Position numbers and translations under genes: made by a program. The notes under the pieces are model-generated. The model saw only the letters and a program-made list of their open reading frames with translations, was not told the origin of the DNA and did not search any database. Shown here one piece after another: positions 55,898 through 64,000 of a stretch of DNA of 64,000 nt. Within the stretch, counting starts at the first letter, position 1, and each line of letters begins with the position of its first letter. The DNA is from an uncultured Dehalococcoidales bacterium (GTDB lineage Bacteria; Chloroflexota; Dehalococcoidia; Dehalococcoidales; UBA2162), in contig CAYVOV010000003.1 in the NCBI GenBank assembly GCA_964453525.1, positions 2,099 through 66,098 on the forward strand, read 5' to 3'.

Positions 55898-58800
55898 ATG
55901 TCACTTTTCTTCTCGGAGTGGCACCTCATTTTTAGAAGAACCCTGGCTAACTGGCGTCTCCTCTCGACGTTAATGGTCGGGGTTCTCGTTGCCGTCGCTC
56001 TGCTCTCGTCCACACCGCTCTACTCAAACGCCATAAATGACCTGGGATTGAAGCGTGCCCTGCGGGAAAGCCAGATTGAGCTGCTTGATATGCAGGTCTG
56101 GGTTCCGAGTGATTACGTCAACTATCAAAGTTATATTGAAGCGGGAGAATTCATTGACCGGCAGGTATCGCGTAATATCAGTCCGATAATTCGCCAGGAA
56201 GAGACATGGATAAAGAGCCAGAGCTACTACGCAGGCTGGGAAGGTCGCCCCATCCCTACCGGTGAAATGAGACCCACCGGATATTTTCAAGTTTTCAGCA
56301 ATCTTAAAGACCATATATCAATAGTAGAAGGTCGGTACGCTGAACCGGTCGTCGCCGGCTTTACCCGGGAAGAGCTTGAGGACCCTGATTTTGCCGTTGA
56401 AGGCATGATTGGCAGCGAGACGGCAGAAATTTTCGGAGTAGGTGTCGGCGACCGTCTGATTTTCATAACCGGCTATGGTGCGGATGAAAGACGGATAAAG
56501 ATTGAGCTTACGGCCATCATAAACCCCATTGACCTCGATGAGGAATATTGGCTGCTGAAAAAGGATGTCTTTACCGCACCACCGGATGAAGGCCAGGTAG
56601 CATCAATCTTCGTCCCCGAGCAAACGCTTTTTGAAGGTGTTGCCCGTGTTATTCCTGCTTCCAGAGCATCATGTTACTGGTTCTATTTTGTGGATATTAA
56701 CAAAATAGACTCCCAGAATGCCGGTAGAATCAATAATGCTGTTGAGCGTATGGAGCGTCAGCTACTGACGAATCTGCCGAAGAGTGGAATGCTCACCTCA
56801 CTGAATGCCGTTATCAGTCAGTACCAGGATAAGCTGATGTATACCCAGATACCGCTCTTCCTTATCGTTTCCCAGATTGTTGCCATCATTTTGTACTATC
56901 TTGTCACGGTAGCCAATATGCTCATCGAACGTCAGGCCGGTGAAATCGCTTTACTCAGGAGCCGGGGTGCCAGCACACGGCAAATCACAAGCATTTATTT
57001 CATGGAGGGCCTGCTCATAACCGCAATCGGTGGTGCCGTCGGTCCGTTTCTGGGTGCCCTTGTCTTCAGCGTGCTGGGTATGACAGACTCTTTTTACTCC
57101 CTGACCGGTGGCGGGCTTCTCCCCGTCAGGTTTTCAGGTACCGTGTTTATACTGGCGGTTGTGGCGGCAGTGCTCTGTTTACTTACTATTCTGGTGCCTG
57201 CAATCCAGGCGGCGCGCCGTAGTGTAGTGCACCAGAGACAGCAGGCTGCCCGTCCGCCCTCTAAGCCGTTCTGGCAGCGCTTTTACCTGGACCTGGTGAT
57301 ACTTGTCTTCGGCGGAATACTGTACTGGGAACTGAGAGAACGCGGTTCACTGATGACAATGGATATCTTCGGGGGGATGAATGTAGACCCGTTACTGCTG
57401 GTAGCACCGATGCTGATATTACTTGCCGTTGCCATTGTATTTCTCCGGCTTTTTCCGATTATTATCAACCTAGTAACGAAACTCGGCACATTTCTGGGAA
57501 ATGCTCCGGCGTTATTGAGTCTATGGCAAATGGCGCGAAACCCTGTCCACTACGGTCGGCTGATTCTCCTGCTGATTATGGCAGCCAGTGTGGGTATGTT
57601 TTCCGCTACCTTTCTCGGCACCCTGGAGCGCAGTTATAATGAACGGACTTTGTACATCGCCGGGGGCGATGTTCGCCTTCAGGGATTATATGACTGGACC
57701 AGTCCGAAGGAGGTGCTCAGGCAGCGTTATTCGGAACTGGAAGGAGTGGAGGAAGTCAGTTTCGTTTACCGGGTCGGCGGGAGGGTTGGTACCCTGTTTA
57801 CGGAAACGGAATTCGATATGCTGGCCGTTGATGCTGCGAGTATAAGTAAAATTGCCTGGTACCGTGATGACTTTGCCGCCAAATCTCTCCCGGAGCTGAT
57901 GAAACCCGTGGCAGAAGATGAACCGCTCAAGCAGGGAATAGACCTTCCCGAGGGTACTGAGAGACTCGGTGTCTGGGTATTCCCGGAGGAGGGGAGTCCG
58001 GAGTTAAGCGTTTTTGCCAGGATAAAGGATGGACTGGGACGCTATAAGGACCATGAACTCGGCTTAACTGATAAAGCTGGCTGGCAGTACCTGGAGGTGA
58101 AACTTACCGCGTTTGGTACCGATGACCCGCCGCCACCTCCTCTCAGTCTCACCTGTGTCCACGTAAGGTATGAAGGGAGAAGTAGATACTGGGGGAGTCC
58201 CGGAGGTGTTTATTTTGACGACCTCCAGGTTCGGGGTTCTTTCTCTCCGCAACCGGTGGTAATCGAGGATTTTGAGGATATTGCGGAATGGACTCTGATG
58301 ATGGATGAGTCCTCGGGAGCAATTTCTTCGATAGGCGTCGGGACTGACAAGTTGGTATTGAACGATGAAGTGGTTCACAGCGGGACTTCTTCCGCACAGT
58401 TAAGCTGGGCGCACCGTAGAGGTTATGCGAGAAAGGGCATTTTTGCCAATGCGGATATCAGACCTCTTGCTGCCGTAGCCAGCCGCTCTTTCCTGGACCG
58501 TGCCAAGGTTGAGATTGGCGACCCGGTAAATATTCGCATTCCAGGAGAGTTTATTCCGGTGGTAATCACGGATGTTGCCGACTATTTCCCAACTCTGGAC
58601 CCGGCAGCAAAAGGATTTATGATTGTTAATCTTGACCGCCTGCTCAGCCCGAGAAACACACTTGATAGTAACGCTAACAGTCCCAACGAAGCCTGGCTCA
58701 AGGTTACCGATGATGAAGAACTGAGGAAGGCAACAATCGATAAGCTTAACTTCGGGAATTATAAAGCCAGGGAATTGTATGATAAAGAGGAGATGCTGTC

Positions 58801-59257
58801 GGAGTTGAAATCTGACCCGCTGGCCGGCGCCGGCTGGGGAGGGATGCTCCTGATAGCTTTTCTAGGGGTTGTCCTCGTCAGCAGCCTTGGCTTTATAGTC
58901 TATAACTATCTTTCCGCCCAGAGCAGGCAGCTTGATTTTGCCATCCTGAGAACACTGGGATTTTCCTTACGCCAGATAATCGGAGTGGTCTGTTTCGAGC
59001 AACTCTTTATTATTATCGTCGGAATGGGAATAGGGACCCTTATCGGTGAAAGGCTCAGTTATGTCATGCTGCCATTCCTCCAGCTAACGGAAAAAGGTGA
59101 AAGGGTATTACCGCCTTTCTTGCTTACCATTAACTGGCAGACAATTGGAATTGCCTACGCTATTCTGGCTATTGCATTCATCATCACCATTTCTATGGTG
59201 GTTTTATTCTTCTACAGGGTGGCTATTCACCAGACGCTGAGGATGGGAGATGTGTAA
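55898..59257 (+). CDS. ABC transporter permease, FtsX/MacB type, large
   Basis: 1119 aa. Two FtsX-like four-helix modules separated by large extracytoplasmic regions. Confidence 0.75.
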   Translation: MSLFFSEWHLIFRRTLANWRLLSTLMVGVLVAVALLSSTPLYSNAINDLGLKRALRESQIELLDMQVWVPSDYVNYQSYIEAGEFIDRQVSRNISPIIRQEETWIKSQSYYAGWEGRPIPTGEMRPTGYFQVFSNLKDHISIVEGRYAEPVVAGFTREELEDPDFAVEGMIGSETAEIFGVGVGDRLIFITGYGADERRIKIELTAIINPIDLDEEYWLLKKDVFTAPPDEGQVASIFVPEQTLFEGVARVIPASRASCYWFYFVDINKIDSQNAGRINNAVERMERQLLTNLPKSGMLTSLNAVISQYQDKLMYTQIPLFLIVSQIVAIILYYLVTVANMLIERQAGEIALLRSRGASTRQITSIYFMEGLLITAIGGAVGPFLGALVFSVLGMTDSFYSLTGGGLLPVRFSGTVFILAVVAAVLCLLTILVPAIQAARRSVVHQRQQAARPPSKPFWQRFYLDLVILVFGGILYWELRERGSLMTMDIFGGMNVDPLLLVAPMLILLAVAIVFLRLFPIIINLVTKLGTFLGNAPALLSLWQMARNPVHYGRLILLLIMAASVGMFSATFLGTLERSYNERTLYIAGGDVRLQGLYDWTSPKEVLRQRYSELEGVEEVSFVYRVGGRVGTLFTETEFDMLAVDAASISKIAWYRDDFAAKSLPELMKPVAEDEPLKQGIDLPEGTERLGVWVFPEEGSPELSVFARIKDGLGRYKDHELGLTDKAGWQYLEVKLTAFGTDDPPPPPLSLTCVHVRYEGRSRYWGSPGGVYFDDLQVRGSFSPQPVVIEDFEDIAEWTLMMDESSGAISSIGVGTDKLVLNDEVVHSGTSSAQLSWAHRRGYARKGIFANADIRPLAAVASRSFLDRAKVEIGDPVNIRIPGEFIPVVITDVADYFPTLDPAAKGFMIVNLDRLLSPRNTLDSNANSPNEAWLKVTDDEELRKATIDKLNFGNYKARELYDKEEMLSELKSDPLAGAGWGGMLLIAFLGVVLVSSLGFIVYNYLSAQSRQLDFAILRTLGFSLRQIIGVVCFEQLFIIIVGMGIGTLIGERLSYVMLPFLQLTEKGERVLPPFLLTINWQTIGIAYAILAIAFIITISMVVLFFYRVAIHQTLRMGDV

Positions 59258-59290
59258 AAAGGTACTTATGCCAGATTACGGAGAGAGAAT

Positions 59291-60202
59291 ATGATGGCTG
59301 ATTATCACGATGATAGTAACTATATAGTCTGTGAAGACCTGTTTAAAATCTACAAGATAGCCGACCTCGAGGTCGTTGCCCTGCGGGGACTGGACCTTCT
59401 TGTGAAGCGGGGCGAGCTAATGGCTATTGTCGGCGCCAGCGGCAGTGGCAAGACTACCCTGCTGAATATCCTCGGCGGACTGGACAGTCCGACAGCCGGA
59501 AGAGTAATGGTTGGCAGGACCAACCTGCTCACCATAACCCCCCGCAGTCTGGTCAGATACCGGCGGGAAGACGTTGGCTTCGTCTGGCAGCAGACCGGGA
59601 GAAACCTCATTCCTTATCTCACGGCGTTTCAGAATGTGGAATTGCCTCTTTCCCTGCTGGGGTGGCCTCAAAGAAAGCGCAAGCAACGCGTCAGCGAAGT
59701 ACTTGAAGCAGTGGGGCTGGCTGACCGGATGCATCATAAGCCAGAGCGGTTATCAGGTGGTGAACAGCAGCGGGTGGCTATCGCCGTGGCGCTGGCTCAT
59801 AATCCGCCGCTTTTGCTGGCTGACGAACCGACCGGAGAGCTGGACAGCCATTCCGCCGCTAATATCCTTGACGTCTTTCGCTCCTTGAATGAGGCCTATA
59901 GGATTACAATCGTAATCGTGACCCATGATATGTCTGTCACCGGCAAAGTCCAGCGCGTCGTCACCATCCGTGACGGTAGAACCAGTCTGGAATCCGTCCG
60001 GGGAACAGGCTCTGTTTCAATAGATAAAGAAGCGCCGGAAACCTATGAGGAATTTATTGTCCTGGATGGCTTCGGACGTCTTCAAATCCCTCAGGAGTAC
60101 GTGGATAAATTGAAATTGAAAGGAAGAGTGAAGGTTCATCTTGAGAACGACCATATTACAGTCTGGCCGGAGGATAATGACAGGGGAGAAGACAGGCAAT
60201 GA
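59291..60202 (+). CDS. ABC transporter ATP-binding protein with C-terminal extension
   Basis: GASGSGKTT, LSGGEQQR, LLADEPTGELD. Confidence 0.85.
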   Translation: MMADYHDDSNYIVCEDLFKIYKIADLEVVALRGLDLLVKRGELMAIVGASGSGKTTLLNILGGLDSPTAGRVMVGRTNLLTITPRSLVRYRREDVGFVWQQTGRNLIPYLTAFQNVELPLSLLGWPQRKRKQRVSEVLEAVGLADRMHHKPERLSGGEQQRVAIAVALAHNPPLLLADEPTGELDSHSAANILDVFRSLNEAYRITIVIVTHDMSVTGKVQRVVTIRDGRTSLESVRGTGSVSIDKEAPETYEEFIVLDGFGRLQIPQEYVDKLKLKGRVKVHLENDHITVWPEDNDRGEDRQ

Positions 60203-60876
60203 CTGCACCGCTGGTTTTAGCAAGTAACCTTGAAAGAGTATTCAACCTGGGCAGTGAGCAGATAAGGGCCATCCATGGTGTTGACATGGAGGTTACTTCA
60301 GGTCGGCTAATGGTAATCACCGGGCGGTCAGGCTCGGGAAAAACGACCCTGCTTAATCTGCTCGGTGGGCTGGACACTCCCACATCCGGTGCCGTTTATT
60401 TTCAGGAGCAGGACCTGTCAGGACTCTCGGAATGGGAGTTGACGCAGCTACGCCGCCGTCATATCGGCTTTATCTTTCAGTCCTTCGGTCTGCTCTCCTT
60501 GCTTTCGGCCTATGAAAATGTAGAGCTTCCCCTGCGAATCAGCGAGTGGGACAGGGCGGAGCGGCAGAAAAGAGCGGCGGACTGTCTTGAGATGGTGGGC
60601 CTGAGCAGTCGTTCCCATCACCGACCATACGAACTATCAGGTGGCGAGTTACAGCGGGTGGCTGTGGCCCGGGCTATTGCTCACCGGCCTGCCCTTATAC
60701 TTGCCGATGAGCCGACCGGTGAGCTGGACCTGGCAAAGGGGGCGGAAATCATCAGATTGCTAAAAGAGATAGCTGCCGAAGAAAATGTGGGTATAGTGGT
60801 TGCCACCCATGATGAAGCAATGGCGGAGATTGCCGACGTGACAAGGCAATTAAGCGACGGTACTTTCATTACTTAA
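60199..60876 (+). CDS. ABC transporter ATP-binding protein
   Basis: GRSGSGKTT, LSGGELQR, ILADEPTGELD. ATGA overlap with the upstream gene. Confidence 0.85.
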   Translation: MTAPLVLASNLERVFNLGSEQIRAIHGVDMEVTSGRLMVITGRSGSGKTTLLNLLGGLDTPTSGAVYFQEQDLSGLSEWELTQLRRRHIGFIFQSFGLLSLLSAYENVELPLRISEWDRAERQKRAADCLEMVGLSSRSHHRPYELSGGELQRVAVARAIAHRPALILADEPTGELDLAKGAEIIRLLKEIAAEENVGIVVATHDEAMAEIADVTRQLSDGTFIT

Positions 60877-60991
60877 ATTATCATTAGCGTCCGGTCAAGA
60901 TGACTGCTTTACACGGTGAAATCTGCTTGACTCCGGGTGATTGGGGCCGTCCATGTCACCCTGAACGTATCAATTATAAAAGTGTAACAGC

Positions 60992-62572
60992 TTACGCCAC
61001 ATGACTAATCCTGGCGCCTCTGAGTTCAACTCTCTTTCTCGCTTCCGTGAGGTCAATTGCCTCTTTGTTGAGGTTGACTCCCTGGCTTTCCAGCGTCCTC
61101 CTGAGGGTCGGGATGTCCACCTGTCTGGGCGATATCCCCTGCTTCACGGCAATTGCGGCGGCCGTACCGGCCGCCTGTCCCCAGTGCATACAAGGCACCA
61201 TCCCGCGACACGGTCCCGGTTCATGTGCCATATAGGTCATTGAAATCGTCTGTCCGGCAACGAGGAGCCTGTTGATATCTTTAGGAATAAGACAGCGGTA
61301 CGGAACACCGAAAACTGTCTGGAAATATGAAACGTCACTTATCTGGCGGTGGTATTTCTCATTTCCCTGACTGCCATCCGAAGGATGCATAATCCATCCC
61401 CGGTCTTCCGATACTTCCGGGTCCGGCCAGGTAAGGGTAATCAGGCAGATATCATCATCAAAAGTACGGCCATCACGTATATCTTTTCTGGTCGGAACAT
61501 AGTCCCCTATTATTCGCCTGGAATCCTGCAACCCAATACTGTGAGCGGTATCGATAAGGAAGGATGCTTCGAATCCGGGGACGGTCTTCAGGAACTGAAC
61601 AAATTGCCGAATACGCTTTCTTCCATCAAGCTCTGCCTGACAGACGTCCTCGGCGTTCCAGGGGAAGCGTTTGAAGATATGAATAATGTCAAAGTATCCG
61701 ATTCCACGCTCTATGGCTGACGGAGAAACCCCGCAGATGCTGAAACCTTCCCGTCCCCAGCCGGTCTGCCAGTCAGGCGGAAGGTCACCTTTTTTCTTGG
61801 CTTCTTTAACATGTGAGAACCATCCACCCATACCCTGTATCGAAGCCATATTTGTCCCATCGAAATCTCCGGGGGGCACACCGGAGCCGGGCGTGAAGTC
61901 ATCCGGATGCTCCCTGGCGTAATCCGCTATCTTCTGGTAATTGATACCTCCCACCCGGAACAGCATTATCATAGCCATTAAATAGCCGCTCTGCGGAAGC
62001 TTATCGATTGGCGCTCCAGCCCTTGCCGCTATATCGGCATCACCGGTGGCATCTATTACCACATCGGCCAGTATCGCCTGCCGCCCGGACTTGTTTTCAA
62101 TGATAATACCCTTGATTTCCCGGTTTTCAACGATGGCATCGACAGTCCAGGTGTTTGTCAGCATTTTGGCGCCGGATTCCTCCACCATATCAGTGGCTAT
62201 ATATTTCCACTCTTCAGGGTCGATTGAAATATGGTAGGTAAGCGGAGCAATACCGGTTTCCGGAGTTTGTGTCCGATATCTTTCGAGTAATTTCGCCGCC
62301 CCGATATCATCCAGCCTTTCGGCAAATTCTTTTGAAAACCCGGTTAAGATATCGGTGGCGCCACCGAACCAGACCTGAAATGATGCGGTAGCCATCCCGC
62401 CGAGAAAAGAATTACGCTCAACGAGGAGCACGTTGGCGCCGTTTCTGGCAGCGCAAACGGCCGCTGCTAGTCCTGCTGGATCACTACCGGCAACCACAAC
62501 ATCTACTTTTTTATATACCGGTGTATTGCGAGCTGCCTCTTTTACGAATTTGATATCACCCTTTACCATCAC
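60992..62572 (-). CDS. FAD-dependent oxidoreductase
   Basis: N-terminal dinucleotide-binding DVVVAGSDPAGLAAAVCAARNGANVLLVERNSFLGG. Confidence 0.6.
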   Translation of the reverse strand: MMVKGDIKFVKEAARNTPVYKKVDVVVAGSDPAGLAAAVCAARNGANVLLVERNSFLGGMATASFQVWFGGATDILTGFSKEFAERLDDIGAAKLLERYRTQTPETGIAPLTYHISIDPEEWKYIATDMVEESGAKMLTNTWTVDAIVENREIKGIIIENKSGRQAILADVVIDATGDADIAARAGAPIDKLPQSGYLMAMIMLFRVGGINYQKIADYAREHPDDFTPGSGVPPGDFDGTNMASIQGMGGWFSHVKEAKKKGDLPPDWQTGWGREGFSICGVSPSAIERGIGYFDIIHIFKRFPWNAEDVCQAELDGRKRIRQFVQFLKTVPGFEASFLIDTAHSIGLQDSRRIIGDYVPTRKDIRDGRTFDDDICLITLTWPDPEVSEDRGWIMHPSDGSQGNEKYHRQISDVSYFQTVFGVPYRCLIPKDINRLLVAGQTISMTYMAHEPGPCRGMVPCMHWGQAAGTAAAIAVKQGISPRQVDIPTLRRTLESQGVNLNKEAIDLTEARKRVELRGARISHVA

Positions 62573-62726
62573 ATACCTCCTTACTTACGGCTCTGTGTAT
62601 TGAGCAGTGTAGATGGAGGCGGTGAAGTTGTCAATATCGCTCGGGCTGCTGGCAATCCGGTGAGCTGAATGATAAGACGGGTAATTTGTTTTTTGTATTT
62701 GCCTTACCTTTTATCCTGGTTATACC

Positions 62727-63434
62727 TTACGCCGAATCTTTAAACTGGTAGCCTACTCCGGGAACAGTGAGTATGTATCTGGGTTCCGTTGAGTCATCTT
62801 CGAGCTTGTTTCGCAGGCGGCGGATGAAGACATGAAGATACTCTCTTTCTTCCATGTATTCAGGACCCCATACCCTGTTGAGAAGATGAGTATGGGTGAG
62901 GACTTTCCCGGCATTTGTGACGAGTTCCTGTAAAAGGTTGTATTCTGTAGGTGTCAGTGTAACTTCTTTTTCAGCCACGTTTATTTGTCTTCGGGCGAAA
63001 TTAATGCTCAGGTCACCGCTGTGAAAGGAAGGTTCTGCCGGAGCGGCAGTGATTTCCTGGGTACGGCGTAATACTGCCTGAACTCTGGCTACGAGCTCAT
63101 CTTTACCGAATGGTTTGGTGATATAGTCGTCGGCACCGAGGTTCAGGCACTTCACTTTATCGTCCTGGTTACCCCGGGCACTGAGTATAATAATCGGAAC
63201 CTGAGACCACTGACGGGTCTGGCGGCAGACTTCCATACCATCGATAAAGGGCATCATGATATCGAGAATTACCAGGTCGGGTAGTTCAGATTCGATTGCC
63301 TTGAGAGCTTCGGCACCGTCCATTGCCACCAGTACTTCAAAACTATTATCTTTCAGGGTGGCACGGAGGAATTTTATTATGCTCAGTTCATCGTCCGCTA
63401 TCAGGATGCGTTTTTTCTTCATGCCGTATCTCAC
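62727..63434 (-). CDS. OmpR/PhoB-family response regulator
   Basis: Receiver domain (DLVILDIMMP, K in ITKPF) plus winged-helix output (LTPTEYNLL...VPGVGYQF). Confidence 0.85.
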   Translation of the reverse strand: MRYGMKKKRILIADDELSIIKFLRATLKDNSFEVLVAMDGAEALKAIESELPDLVILDIMMPFIDGMEVCRQTRQWSQVPIIILSARGNQDDKVKCLNLGADDYITKPFGKDELVARVQAVLRRTQEITAAPAEPSFHSGDLSINFARRQINVAEKEVTLTPTEYNLLQELVTNAGKVLTHTHLLNRVWGPEYMEEREYLHVFIRRLRNKLEDDSTEPRYILTVPGVGYQFKDSA

Positions 63435-63483
63435 ATGGGTGTATATCCTTTTTACTATTAAAGTAGTTCACAGAGTTTACAGG

Positions 63484-64000
63484 TTATCGGACCTCTCTTT
63501 TTTTCAAGACTCTGAGCAGGGCGTCTCTGAATTCCTCAACGGAGGAAATCGGCTCCTGTAGTTCTTTTGGTAGACTGGAAAGCGCCGTTTTGCCGCCATC
63601 GGACTTTTTAGCTGCTAATTCATGGAGTAGTTTGTGCTCTCTGGCCAGGCTGCTGACAAGCTCGTTAAATTGCTCCTGCATTCGTTCGGTTTGTTCTACA
63701 ACATTCCTCTGTAGAGTTTCGTAACGGTTCTTTTCAAGCAGCGACTGGTGAAATCTATCTATAGCGTTGTTCAATTTATCCTGTATCTCGTCATGGTCAA
63801 AGGGCTTGGTGATATAATCGGCAGCTCCTAGCTGCATAGCATTGATAGCAGTTTGCATATCGGCAACGGCAGTAACCATAATCACGCAGCAATCGGTGTG
63901 GTCATTAGCCAGTTTTTTAAGCACATCTATACCGGACATATTCGGCATCATTATATCCAGTAGCATAATCCTGGCTTCATCCAGTGACAGTTTATACAGG
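63484..64000 (-). CDS. response-regulator receiver protein, 5' end outside window
   Basis: LLDIMMPNMSGID...ADYITKPF. The frame stays open to the window edge. Confidence 0.7.
   Translation of the reverse strand, partial: LYKLSLDEARIMLLDIMMPNMSGIDVLKKLANDHTDCCVIMVTAVADMQTAINAMQLGAADYITKPFDHDEIQDKLNNAIDRFHQSLLEKNRYETLQRNVVEQTERMQEQFNELVSSLAREHKLLHELAAKKSDGGKTALSSLPKELQEPISSVEEFRDALLRVLKKREVR

Overview
This 64-kb window is probably from a Chloroflexota/Dehalococcoidia-like bacterium. That guess rests on gene content and repeat families and cannot be verified here. No rRNA, CRISPR array or phage structural genes were seen.

**Left 27 kb: mobile DNA stacked at tRNA-Lys(CUU) (27311-27386, minus strand)**
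- A 23.2-kb island is bounded by a perfect 45-bp direct repeat of the tRNA 3' half (4050-4094 and 27311-27355).
- The edge of a second integrated element, with its own integrase, occupies 1-4049.
- The island carries two divergent gene blocks separated by 105 bp.
  - A four-gene, translationally coupled operon: HTH, SNF2+DUF3883 helicase, DUF1156 methylase and DUF499 ATPase. This is the predicted Hma-type helicase/methylase/ATPase defence system.
  - A six-gene minus-strand operon (5239-13009): winged-helix protein, deviant AAA ATPase, PD-(D/E)xK nuclease, HelD-like SF1 helicase, DUF2779 dual nuclease and a UDG-fold protein. I cannot assign it to any named defence system, and it is my best candidate for an undescribed system.
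- The clearest sequence-level result is that island integrase A is split by integration. Its Shine-Dalgarno sequence and ATG sit next to the tRNA at 27272-27290, and its body starts at 4050. Both read through the 45-bp att core in the same phase, so a 343-codon gene exists only in the excised circle (SSV-type partition).
- Other island cargo: a second intact paralogous integrase followed by a eukaryote-type C2H2 zinc-finger protein, an XRE-HTH/NYN fusion, and a SET-domain methyltransferase.

**Right 37 kb: chromosomal backbone**
- Ordinary genes: a PAS histidine kinase, an MFS transporter, SAM methyltransferases, a radical SAM enzyme, ABC systems, PadR, hydrolases and response regulators.
- An AT-rich accretion (32.7-38.6 kb) holds DinD, an IS1-family transposase and a 1978-bp IS6-like element. 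The IS6-like element has 12-bp inverted repeats, 8-bp target-site duplications and passenger genes.
- About 200-bp near-identical inverted repeats bracket 22.8 kb.
- A thymidylate-synthase-family gene has displaced a resident copy, leaving a C-terminal stub.
- A consensus promoter is followed by a structured leader and a terminator upstream of two methyltransferase genes.
- A 38-bp perfect palindrome lies upstream of padR.
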